Shown: positions 1-8,899 of the stretch, one piece after another | Numbering within the stretch: the stretch's first letter is position 1 | Layout: each line of letters opens with the position of its first letter | DNA from: Bacilli bacterium | GTDB lineage: Bacteria; Bacillota_I; Bacilli_A; RFN20; CAG-826 | DNA: 64,000 nucleotides | Direction: 5' to 3' | NCBI GenBank assembly: GCA_900767605.1 | Contig: CAAFZT010000010.1 | Span: forward strand, 171-64,170 | Notes under the pieces: model-generated | Seen by the model: the letters and a program-made list of their open reading frames with translations, nothing else | The model's database searches: none | What the model was told of the DNA's origin: nothing | Position numbers and translations under genes: made by a program

Positions 1-46
1 ACAAGAGACGATTCGATTTTATTTATACAACATCGTTTCCATTGCG

Positions 47-496
47 TTGAAACTGGAAGGCTTTGAGTTCAAGTATTTTACATGGAATTATAATCGTTAC
101 GATTATGGCGATGAGTTAAGCAAGGAATTGATTGAAAAAGTTAGGGAGCTATATCGAAAGTATCTGCCCTTATATCATCGATTGATCCATTATGTGATTC
201 ACGATAGTTGCTTTAATCCTGAGTTTTGCGACGTTTTTAAAAAACATTTGATTCGTGCGAATCTGGAAGAATTCTTTATTTTGGGCAATTGCAGTCATTC
301 CCTGACGTTAGTGATAAGCCTAGAGGAAGAAGTGAAAGATTATTTGATTAACGAGGTAAAAAGCGAGGAAGAACTAGGCAGCACATATCTTGAATATGCT
401 CTTTATAAAGGCGCCCATTTGACTAGGGACGAAGGTCTTTACGGCTGCATCCCTCACGAAGACTGCCTATACGAAGACGAAGAAGAGGAAGAATAA
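47..496 (+). CDS. hypothetical protein with poly-Glu C-terminus
   Basis: 149-aa ORF from the track (non-ATG start as drawn), ending ...LYEDEEEEE. No family motif recognised. Confidence 0.3.
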   Translation: MKLEGFEFKYFTWNYNRYDYGDELSKELIEKVRELYRKYLPLYHRLIHYVIHDSCFNPEFCDVFKKHLIRANLEEFFILGNCSHSLTLVISLEEEVKDYLINEVKSEEELGSTYLEYALYKGAHLTRDEGLYGCIPHEDCLYEDEEEEE

Positions 497-1550
497 TCGC
501 CGCAGAATTTGGTGAGTAAACTACTAGTTAGACAATCGCGAGCATTAATCGAAGACAAGTATTTGAACCAAGTGGCCCGTGTGAATGGAATCCGACGTCG
601 TTAACGTTGCAGATATTTATAAAAATGAAAAAACTGACACGATAACTTCGCAATAACCATATTGCAGGTTTTAGAAGGTGGTTAACGGATTTATAGAAGT
701 GGGCGATTGTTCCGTCGGATGCATGTCTCTTGCTGCTTTTACCTTATCAAAAAGATTGGATGCATAAAATCTTTAATTTTTTATGCACCAAATCTCCGAA
801 ACATGCTTGTTTTATGCATCAAATGTAGTTTCGACGGTGGTTCGTTATTATCGTAAGTAAGTGATTCGGTGGTAAGTTCGTTCTTATCCCCAAAGGGAAT
901 GGACCCTGCGGGTCGCGACGATGGATTATAGGAGCAAAAGAAGGACGGCATGGGGCTGCGGACATGAAACCGGGCGATATCATGGATGTCAAACCTCGGA
1001 ATCCCAAGGAATTTCTCTTTAGCCACGGCGGATACGCTTTAACCTCTGGTTATGGTCCACTAGTGGGTGTCATCACTTTGATCGTGTTCCTGTCCGAAGC
1101 CTGAATGAAAATCGGGCTCACTTTCGACTCCAATGCCATCAATCAGTTTTTGGCTTTCTCAAAGGCGGATTTAGAGGAAGCTTAGGCGACGGTTTTCTGC
1201 GTTCTTTCCATGAGCGAGCTCTTCCACATGCTTGGAACGGCCGACTTTAGAAAGAGCTTTATCCACGTCTTCAGGGGCCGTAACTATTTGCTTTGGGGAT
1301 CTTTATCATCGGATTGGCTTTGTAGTTCTTTGTCATATACACTCCGGGAGTCAAGGACATCTTCCAGGCTGTTCCACTTGTTGGGTATGACTTTGCCTGG
1401 GGCTTCGGCCTTGGGATTACTCCATTGATTGTTCGTGAGATTGTCGTTTTCGTGCTTTTCCTTAAAAAGAAGTTATCGGGGAAACGTTCCTGATTGCATC
1501 TAGGTAACCGCGGCCACGAAATATAGAAGAAAAGAGTGGGGCGATTAATG

Positions 1551-1575
1551 GAAAAAACGCCCAATTTTAGGGCGT
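1551..1575 (-). terminator. rho-independent terminator of the minus-strand DUF4417 operon
   Basis: On the minus strand, an ACGCCC-taaaatt-GGGCGT hairpin is followed by TTTTTT, about 40 nt after the stop of CDS 1617-2264. Confidence 0.6.
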
Positions 1576-1616
1576 CTCAAGGCATAATAGAGCATCAAGA
1601 GCCAATACTTTTTGTG

Positions 1617-2264
1617 CTAATCGTCAATAACATCGCCGATAATAAGTGCTTCGGATACAACTTCTTCTTTATTGGCTGACAAATAGATAAACTTCCTTGT
1701 AATGAACCCATCGTATGGTTTGGCGAATACTTTCCAATGTATTTCAATTGGCTGGATTTTTGATAGAACCTCATGCCCTTTAAACTCAAGGACGGTCTCG
1801 TCGAGCCAAGTGTTTTCTTTATAAAAAGCGTACTGCCTTTTGTCCGTAACTAGAACAACGCCTTCTGTGCTTGTGATAGTTTCGTGTGGGGCTTTGTTTT
1901 TGGAGACCAATATCTCGTCTTGGACGAGAATGATGTCGAGAATGGTCTCGTTAACAGGGTAGTTTTCAAATTTAGATAGTGAAAAACCGGAGAATGTCGT
2001 GAATTGGTCTTTGTTATCGATTTTTTCAAAGATTAAATGAGGGGTGTAATCTGGAGAGCAGAACCAATCGTCTTCCCAATCCACGCGGTTGTCTAAAACG
2101 AATCGCCCGTTTGAGCAGGTTAGACCAACACGCATAAGGAAATCATTGGCTGGTTGATGTCTTGGATCAAACGGCTCGTGTGAGTAAGAAATTAGTTTGT
2201 TCCCCAAAAGGGATCTTAATTTTCCCAAGCCTTCGCCCGTTATTGCGTTATTTAGTGTTTTCAT
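1617..2264 (-). CDS. hypothetical protein (third gene of DUF4417 operon)
   Basis: Start trimmed to the internal ATG (MKTLNNAI), which is preceded by AAGGAGA. It lies 4 nt after the upstream stop. No family recognised. Confidence 0.6.
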   Translation of the reverse strand: MKTLNNAITGEGLGKLRSLLGNKLISYSHEPFDPRHQPANDFLMRVGLTCSNGRFVLDNRVDWEDDWFCSPDYTPHLIFEKIDNKDQFTTFSGFSLSKFENYPVNETILDIILVQDEILVSKNKAPHETITSTEGVVLVTDKRQYAFYKENTWLDETVLEFKGHEVLSKIQPIEIHWKVFAKPYDGFITRKFIYLSANKEEVVSEALIIGDVIDD

Positions 2265-2268
2265 AGTT

Positions 2269-2634
2269 TTATTTCTCCTTTTCAAAGTGAATTTTTTGGC
2301 TTGCAATTCCAGCAGGATCGATGGATTTTCTCATTGATAGTTGTACGGCTGGTGCGTGTCCTGGCGGATAATCTATCCTCAATGAGACGGAAGTCCCGTC
2401 TTCCAGTTCGCAAACCCACATACGCTCCTTTTGTTTTTCTATTACTTTACCACCGGAGGTAAAACGTTCGAATAATTTTCTGGCTTCCTCTATCGGATTC
2501 CCGGATGCAAAAATTGTCCGAACAGTTTCTTTGTTTCCCGGTTTATGAATGCCAAAGTATCCATTTGCAGAATTAAAACCGTAAAAGGGATTTTGCTTTA
2601 CATGTACTGAATTTCGTCTAATGGTTACGCCCAT
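2269..2634 (-). CDS. hypothetical small protein (second gene of DUF4417 operon)
   Basis: Start trimmed to MGVTIRRN with an AAGGAGG SD, 1 nt after the DUF4417 stop. The C-terminal pattern ...DGTSVSLRIDYPPGHAPAVQL...KIHF is not assignable by eye. Confidence 0.55.
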   Translation of the reverse strand: MGVTIRRNSVHVKQNPFYGFNSANGYFGIHKPGNKETVRTIFASGNPIEEARKLFERFTSGGKVIEKQKERMWVCELEDGTSVSLRIDYPPGHAPAVQLSMRKSIDPAGIASQKIHFEKEK

Positions 2635-2635
2635 G

Positions 2636-3304
2636 TCAATTTCCTCCTTTCTTGTGTGTCTGCTCGAATTCCGAAGGGAACCTATGGAATCGCGTCTTAT
2701 TTTTGAAATCGCCGAATATATCGTCCGGCATGTAGCCGTATACAATGACGTCTTTTGGCTCCAATCGAATTAACATTTCTTTCAATCCGTGTTTGAAATA
2801 ATTTCGAAGCAAATTGTTGGTGGATTTGTCCCTTGCGATGGCCCCGTGCGTGCCGATAGAAACTACTGAGCCCTTTGGCACCCCAAGGAAGCAGAACTCA
2901 TATGTAGACGGATCTCCCCATCGGACATTTGGGATAACAGGGATGCCTTGTGTTTGTAAGTAAAATCCAATCGCGCGGTTCATGTATGTGCTTGTCGCAT
3001 GCAAACATCTCGATTTCCCGATAATAATGGTGGGGTCCGGTGTAATCACCCCGTCAAATTGTCTAAGCAAAGGAATGTATTTCTTTGTATTGGCTAAAAA
3101 ATCTCCATACTGAGAATCGTGGGTATAGAAATGAACATAACCCGTTTTTAGCAGATCGCTTTTCGCTTTGTTAAACGAAACTAACCTTTGGGGAATTTCG
3201 GCGTTGTTGGTGTCGTAGAGCTTTGGAATCCCGTCTCTTCCGTCGAAACTAGCGTTTTCTGTTAAATAGCTTTGAAATCCGTCGTCAAATATTGTTTTCC
3301 TCAT
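2636..3304 (-). CDS. DUF4417 domain protein
   Basis: Start trimmed to MRKTIFDD (AAGGAG SD). Motifs match my recollection of DUF4417: GYVHFYTHDSQY, FDGVITPDPT, GIPVIPNVRWGDPSTYEFCFLGVPKGSVVSI. Confidence 0.65.
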   Translation of the reverse strand: MRKTIFDDGFQSYLTENASFDGRDGIPKLYDTNNAEIPQRLVSFNKAKSDLLKTGYVHFYTHDSQYGDFLANTKKYIPLLRQFDGVITPDPTIIIGKSRCLHATSTYMNRAIGFYLQTQGIPVIPNVRWGDPSTYEFCFLGVPKGSVVSIGTHGAIARDKSTNNLLRNYFKHGLKEMLIRLEPKDVIVYGYMPDDIFGDFKNKTRFHRFPSEFEQTHKKGGN

Positions 3305-3425
3305 AGAAAACTCCTTCTTTATGATGTGTGCACGGACTGTTTTTGATACAATTTTCTTGCCGATTCGAAACAGTTCTCGAACACACCGATAGAATACAAG
3401 ACTATTTTTTTGGAATAGGAAGTCG

Positions 3426-3455
3426 GGGAAATCGAGGGAAATCGAGGGAAATTTC
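3426..3455. repeat. 10-bp tandem repeat in the divergent promoter region
   Basis: GGGAAATCGA GGGAAATCGA GGGAAATTTC, ending 5 nt before ATG 3461. Confidence 0.5.
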
Positions 3456-3460
3456 AAAAC

Positions 3461-4438
3461 ATGACTTTTTCTGATTTATGCAGGCTCATTAACCCATTCT
3501 TGCGGGGGCGATGCAAAAGCAAAGCGGATCTTTTTGATTTCCTGATTTTGAATATTATTGATCCAAATCGGAAAGCGCTTGCTGACGAGGTTAGCCGCTT
3601 AAGCGCCAAGCAAAAACGAAATATCGTGGATGGGAAAAGTTCTATTTCCAAACTTGCGGAGAAACTATATCCAAGCATGGATGTTTCTAATTTATGCGAT
3701 GCTTTACAGGATGAAGTAAAATTGATTGGCGAATACGCGGAGACGTTTGGCTGTTACGATAAAAGCATCAATAAGGACAACTTTGCCGAAGAAACTGCCG
3801 AAATTTTAAAACAGATAATTTTAGATAATTCTGCGTTGTTTCGAAGCGCTCAACTCGAGGGGACGGCAACTCTCCGGTCCCAACTTTTCGAAGAAGCCGG
3901 AGGGGTGTGTCCTGTTTGCGGCCGTCCGCTCGATTTAGACTCGACAAAAGAAAACGCAATTGTCGCCATCGGGTTAGATGGGTTCTCGCCGAGCAAAGCG
4001 GATAAAGCCATTGGCCTTTGCAGAAAATGCGCCGAATTGCACAGGAATGGCCAGATTGATAAGGATCTGTCGCTTGTCAAAGAGCGGCAGGAAGAAATGG
4101 CAAGTTTGAGGAATTGTGCGGGAAACATCAATATTGACGAAGCCCTTGCAACGGCAATTGATAGTCTTTTAAGAAGTGGTTGCGCGGAAAAAGTAAAATT
4201 CAATATGAAAAGTTTGAAAGTCGAACAAAAAATAGACGAAAAGGATAATTACATCCTTTGCAATAAGGTAAAAATGAATGTAGCTACTTATTTTTCGTTA
4301 CTCTACGGCTTCTTTGGAAAGATGGACGGGGAAGAACACCGATCTTACGATATGCTTTCCGCTTCTGTAAGGGTCGCCTTTTTACAAGCGGAAAAAGAAT
4401 CACAAAATAAAGAATATATCTTTAATTTTTTTAACTGA
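3461..4438 (+). CDS. ABC-3C-like effector-position protein with degenerate HNH-like zinc ribbon
   Basis: 325 aa with CPVC-33 aa-CRKC(AELH), a two-CxxC element without an obvious catalytic His. It is the first gene of a set followed by a small middle protein and a DUF2326-like ABC ATPase. Confidence 0.5.
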   Translation: MTFSDLCRLINPFLRGRCKSKADLFDFLILNIIDPNRKALADEVSRLSAKQKRNIVDGKSSISKLAEKLYPSMDVSNLCDALQDEVKLIGEYAETFGCYDKSINKDNFAEETAEILKQIILDNSALFRSAQLEGTATLRSQLFEEAGGVCPVCGRPLDLDSTKENAIVAIGLDGFSPSKADKAIGLCRKCAELHRNGQIDKDLSLVKERQEEMASLRNCAGNINIDEALATAIDSLLRSGCAEKVKFNMKSLKVEQKIDEKDNYILCNKVKMNVATYFSLLYGFFGKMDGEEHRSYDMLSASVRVAFLQAEKESQNKEYIFNFFN

Positions 4439-4521
4439 ACAGGTTTCAAAAGCTGCGACTTGCGAGAAATCTGTTGCGGAAATCATTGTTTCCTATTTTG
4501 TTCAAAGCTGTGAGGTATTCC

Positions 4522-4737
4522 ATGAGATTTCCGAATAAGGTAAATAGATATAGGACGACAACCATTTACCAAATGGTAGAAATCATGAACGTAATAAATG
4601 GCAACACATCATTGGTTGACCTTTTTTCGAGAGTGTCAAATATGATGGGCCCGAAAGAGTATTACGAAGCATTAAGCGCTTTGTACGCAGTTGGAAAAAT
4701 TAAATTTTTGGACGATGGGAGAATTGCCAAATGCTAA
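4522..4737 (+). CDS. small ABC-3C middle-component-like protein
   Basis: 71 aa from the ATG with a GAGG SD (the track ORF starts at 4474). The tail ...YYEALSALYAVGKIKFLDDGRIAKC looks like a small winged-helix. Its stop overlaps the ATPase start by 7 nt. Confidence 0.5.
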   Translation: MRFPNKVNRYRTTTIYQMVEIMNVINGNTSLVDLFSRVSNMMGPKEYYEALSALYAVGKIKFLDDGRIAKC

Positions 4738-6388
4738 AGGAAATTAAGTGTGAAAAGTTTACTGATCGGATTAAAGACAAAACTGTCCATTTTGCCCCTG
4801 GGCTAAATTGCATAGTTGGCGCAGACGATGCCGTTAATTCAATCGGCAAATCAAGCTTATTACTGATTATAGATTTTTGTTTTGGCGGAACGGATTACGC
4901 CGAAAATAGGGCGGACGTCATAGAAAACGTTGGGGATCACACGATTTGTTTTACGTTTGAGTTCGATTCGATTCAATTCCATTTTTCAAGAAATGTATCG
5001 GATTCGAACTTTTATTTCGAATGCGACAAATTCTATTCGCCAATCGGGGAGAAAAAGCCGATCAAAGAATTGCAGCGGTTCTTAAAAGAGCGATATTTTG
5101 GGAGCTCGATTCAATCGTCTTTTAGAAATGTCATCAATGTGTTTTCTAGGGTTTACGGCAAAGAGAATTATGACGTCAATAAACCACTGAAGACGTTTGG
5201 CAGAGACGCCAAAGATGAAAACGGCATTAAGGTTCTTCTCGATCTTTTTGGCAGACTCGGAGAATTAAACGAGGCAATCAGTAACATTAAAACTGCAAAG
5301 GATGGAAAAAAAGCACTGGATGATGCCAAAAAGTTCGGATTTATTTTTTCGCCTATAAAAACTGCGTCGGAGTACGATGAAACCCTGGCCGCCGTGCAGC
5401 GGCTCAAAGATGATTTGGACTCTTTGGTTAAAGATGAAAACGCCGCGAAAGTGGTAATCGATGAAAAGTTATCCCAAAAGGACATTGATTTGAAATCGAA
5501 GCAAATAGTTTTAATGAGACGAAAAAGAGCTTTGTCCATTCAACTGAATACATTCGAATCTATGACGGGCGATAATTTGATGATGAGCATCGACGACAAG
5601 GAAAAACTCCTTGCCGAATTCCCCAACTATGATGTGAGGCCCCTTTTGGAAATAAATGAGTTTCAAAGGCAATTAAGTAAAAATGTTAACGAACAAATTA
5701 ATGAACAAAAAGAAATCGTAAAAAAAGAAATCGCGGAAATTGATAGGCAACTTAAGGAAGTCAATGATGAGTTGTTGGAAACGATATTTCTCCAAGAATT
5801 TCAAAGGCTTTTTTAACTGCTGTTCTTGAGAAAAATGAGGAGATAAAAAAACTGGAATCTCAAATTGCACTCTACAGCAAAACCAACTCAATTAAAGAGA
5901 AAATTGAAAATGCTAAAGCAGATCTCGACAAGCGTTGTTCTTGTATTTTTCCTGAAATTGAAGGATTGATAAATGACGAACTAAAAAAATTAAACGATTG
6001 TATTTATTCCGAAAAGAGGCTCCCGCCAGCGTTGAAATTGGCGGACATCTCTCGTTACACATATAAAACTCCGAGGGATACGGGCACTGGCACCGAGTAT
6101 AAAAGTCTTATACTTTTTGATTTGGCTATTTTAAGGCTGACCTCGCTTCCGTTTATCATCAACGATTCGATGCTTTTTAAAAACATATGGGATGAGCCCG
6201 TTGAGGGATTGTTTAGACTATATGACCAGGAAAACAAACAAATTTTTCTCGCGATAGACAGGGTGGGAGCTTTTTGCAAAGAAGTCCAAGAAATAATTGA
6301 ACGACGCAAGTCGGTTAAATTGGGCGATGGAAATTGTGCATTGTTTGGTTTCGTTTGGTCTAAAGTTAACGAAACGTCGCAAAAATAA
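4731..6388 (+). pseudogene. ABC-3C ABC ATPase (DUF2326-like), split by a frameshift
   Basis: The N-terminal part (4731-5816) has FAPGLNCIVG...NSIGKSSLLLIIDFCFGG (Walker A) followed by a long coiled coil. The C-terminal part (open from 5771, track ORF 5966-6388, other frame) has LPFIINDSMLF (Walker B-like). Adding one T to the T6 run at 5809-5814 fuses both parts into about 552 aa. Confidence 0.7.
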
Positions 6389-6587
6389 AGCGTTTGGCCT
6401 TCAGTGACGCCCTTCTAATTTGCTGCATCCATTACATGACGCGAAACTTTTTGAAGAAAATCTGGCTTACCCACGAAAATATTTCGTTTTCTAAACGATG
6501 AAGAGGAAGGTTCGGAACTGGCCAAATTTTAAAATTACGAATGAGCCAAAGCATCTCAAATGAGAACAAATGTGGCTCGGATGGGAC

Positions 6588-7367
6588 TTAGATTTTGGCC
6601 TTCAGGTTCTTTGCACTTGTCTTCAATAGAGTTTTCCTCGTCACGAAGCGCGACATGAAATATTGGAACCGATTCCCTTTGCCGATGATGTAGAAGTCGT
6701 TGCCTTTCATGGACTGGGTATAGCCGATTTGGGCCACCTCTTTGGCCTCGATGGGTTTCTTCTTTTTGAAGGTGAAGTCGTTATGGGCCTCGGCGACGAA
6801 TTTGGAATTAAAGGGCCCCGGGCATAACGTTAAACACCTCACGTTGGTATTCCTTAATTCGAAGGATATCGCGCTGGATAAGTTATAAACGTAGCCTTTC
6901 ACCGCGTGATAGGTGCACATATAAGGCCCAGGATAAAGCCCGGCGATTGAGCATACGTTGATGATGTGTCCTTCGTCATTGGCAAGCATGTCGTCAAGAT
7001 AGACTCTTGAGAAATAAAGAAGGGCGTTGCAGCAGACGTTGGTCATGGCGATTTGCTTATAAATTTCCATGTCTTTGAAGTCTTTGCAGTCCCCAAAACC
7101 GGCGCAGTTGACAAGGTTATTGATAAATAAGTCGTTTTCTTTGGTGAAAGCTAAAACCCCGGCATAGGTTTCTTCATTGCTTAAGTCCGCGATGAAGGTG
7201 AAAACTTCGATATTAGGATCCTTTTTTTGAATTTCTTCTTTTACGGAAGCGAGGGCCTCGCCATTGATGTCGACTAAAACGACGTTATTTCCTTTTGAGG
7301 CGTAAAGCAAGGCAAATTCTTTGCCTAATCCGCTGCCGGCACCAGTAATTAAAGTGGCTTTCTTCAT
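6588..7367 (-). CDS. short-chain dehydrogenase/reductase (SDR) family oxidoreductase
   Basis: Carries the TGAGSGLG cofactor motif and the YHAVK (YxxxK) catalytic motif. Length is 259 aa. Confidence 0.85.
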   Translation of the reverse strand: MKKATLITGAGSGLGKEFALLYASKGNNVVLVDINGEALASVKEEIQKKDPNIEVFTFIADLSNEETYAGVLAFTKENDLFINNLVNCAGFGDCKDFKDMEIYKQIAMTNVCCNALLYFSRVYLDDMLANDEGHIINVCSIAGLYPGPYMCTYHAVKGYVYNLSSAISFELRNTNVRCLTLCPGPFNSKFVAEAHNDFTFKKKKPIEAKEVAQIGYTQSMKGNDFYIIGKGNRFQYFMSRFVTRKTLLKTSAKNLKAKI

Positions 7368-7605
7368 TGGTTGTTTCTCCCTGAATCTTTGGTTTTACAT
7401 GCATGGGGCACGTTTGTTGTACTGATTATATTCCGCGAGGAGAAGTGGGGAAAGAAGGGCGTTGCTGTTGAGGCTTTAATTTTTAACGTTTGATCACGGT
7501 GCTTTGGTTAAGGGAAAAACAGGAGAGAGCAACAGCCAATTTTGTAAACAAAAAGCCAGAAAATACGTACTACAGTACAAAAAACAATGCTTTTTTTGTG
7601 TTTTT

Positions 7606-7614
7606 TGGTAAAAT
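7606..7614 (+). promoter_or_regulatory. extended -10 (TGgTAAAAT), probably giving a leaderless mRNA
   Basis: The -10 ends 6 nt before ATG 7621, and no SD lies in between. Confidence 0.4.
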
Positions 7615-7620
7615 GAATTC

Positions 7621-8283
7621 ATGAATATTTATCATGGAAGCAAGCAAGTGGTAGAGCATCCAACATTGGGCGGCTCCAACCCCCACAATGATTACGGCCC
7701 TTCTTTTTACATGACAACCGACCTTAACCAAGCAAAATCTTGGGCGTGCAAAAACGGAACCGCCGGGGTGGTTAATCAATATCGAATCGATGATCGGAAA
7801 TGGGACTCCTTAAAGATTTTGGATTTAACGCGCAAAGATTTCTTTAGTGTTTTGAATTGGATTGCCATTCTGATGCACTTTAGAAAATTGGAAACATCCT
7901 TCGAACGTAGAAATCAGCCGGCTTTAGAATGGCTATCGAAATATTTTATCGATGTCAGGGAATATGACGTCGTCATTGGATTTCGCGCGGATGATTCCTA
8001 TTTCCGGTTTCCTTCTTCATTTGTTTCAGGGGAATTGTCCCTCGATGATTTGGAGGAAATCTTTCTTCTTGGCGACTTGGGAAAACAATACGCCTTTATG
8101 TCTCAAAAAGCGCTGAATGCTTTGCATTTTGACCGTGTTATCCCCTGCGAAGAAGAATATGTTGGGCGTTACTATTCCATCGTCGGCAAAGCTACGGCTA
8201 AATTTAACGAGGTTCTTAATTGGCCTCGTAGCCCCGATAAAACATACGTTCTTGATTTGATGAGAAAAGACCATGTACGCTGA
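7621..8283 (+). CDS. DUF3990-like protein (possible ADP-ribosyltransferase fold)
   Basis: N-terminal MNIYHGS, then NDYGPSFYMTTDLNQAKSWA, as I recall for DUF3990. See the finding on the H-Y-E-like pattern. Confidence 0.6.
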   Translation: MNIYHGSKQVVEHPTLGGSNPHNDYGPSFYMTTDLNQAKSWACKNGTAGVVNQYRIDDRKWDSLKILDLTRKDFFSVLNWIAILMHFRKLETSFERRNQPALEWLSKYFIDVREYDVVIGFRADDSYFRFPSSFVSGELSLDDLEEIFLLGDLGKQYAFMSQKALNALHFDRVIPCEEEYVGRYYSIVGKATAKFNEVLNWPRSPDKTYVLDLMRKDHVR

Positions 8284-8878
8284 ATATCTTCACGAATATA
8301 CGGACGACCTAGAAAGGGTATTATCCCTAGGTTATCATTGCGGCTATTCCACTTCGGCATTGGAAAGGAAAATCGCCTATTCTTCTTTCTTTTTAAAGCT
8401 AGAAGACGATGGTTTAGGATTGCCCCCGATTGTTCATGACGAGGACCTTGTTAAAGAAGTGCTTTCGGAGATAAAAACCCCTTTGAAGGATGTGCCCGTT
8501 TATAATCCGTGCCTTTGGGCAGCGGAAGCCTTTCTTCGTATTCAATTGGAAACGCGATTAACCTTTGAATGCATTTTCTTATATCTTCCAATTGCTAAGA
8601 TGTATGAATTCTTTCCATTATTTCATGAAATGGATTTCTCTCAAATCGTTCAAGAGTTTAAAAGGCGTTATCACGAAAAATCCGCTTTTGCTATTTTGCT
8701 AGAAAATTACGGCTATTCCCTGAAATATGTTTCCGAGCAAACGGGGCTATCCTATGATAGTTTGCAAAGTTGGAAACAAAGAAGAAGAAACATCCAAAAT
8801 GGCAATGTTAAAGATGTATTTAAATTGGCCAGGGTCTTCCATGTTCGCATGGAAACCATCGCCGAACTTCCCCAATAG
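8273..8878 (+). CDS. DUF3791-like / XRE-type HTH partner protein
   Basis: Overlaps the upstream stop by 11 nt. The C-terminus ...LKYVSEQTGLSYDSLQSWKQRRRNIQNGNVKDVFKLARVFHV is an XRE-like helix-turn-helix. Confidence 0.55.
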   Translation: MYAEYLHEYTDDLERVLSLGYHCGYSTSALERKIAYSSFFLKLEDDGLGLPPIVHDEDLVKEVLSEIKTPLKDVPVYNPCLWAAEAFLRIQLETRLTFECIFLYLPIAKMYEFFPLFHEMDFSQIVQEFKRRYHEKSAFAILLENYGYSLKYVSEQTGLSYDSLQSWKQRRRNIQNGNVKDVFKLARVFHVRMETIAELPQ

Positions 8879-8899
8879 TCCTTATAGAACCTCGCGAGC

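Noticed and set aside
880-1010. Possible structured ncRNA (a ggggctg... start reminiscent of tmRNA, and a GACCC-tgc-GGGTC hairpin)
   Set aside because: It lacks the tmRNA acceptor-stem consensus and the CCA-proximal end. I could find no tag reading frame or other conserved ncRNA landmarks by eye. It is left as part of the unexplained 500-1600 region.
2636-3457. Long N-terminal extensions of track ORFs (2636-3457, 2269-2745, 1617-2306, 12631-15648, 10536-12383, 18835-20376, 45529-46905, 56472-58148, 51342-52322)
   Set aside because: In each case an internal ATG with a good SD gives a canonical N-terminus (family start or signal/lipobox). It also removes overlaps with neighbouring genes. The extensions have no recognisable features.
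4474-4521. Upstream TTG start for the small ABC-3C middle gene
   Set aside because: The ATG at 4522 has a GAGG SD at proper spacing and gives a compact 71-aa product. The TTG extension has no SD. This remains uncertain.
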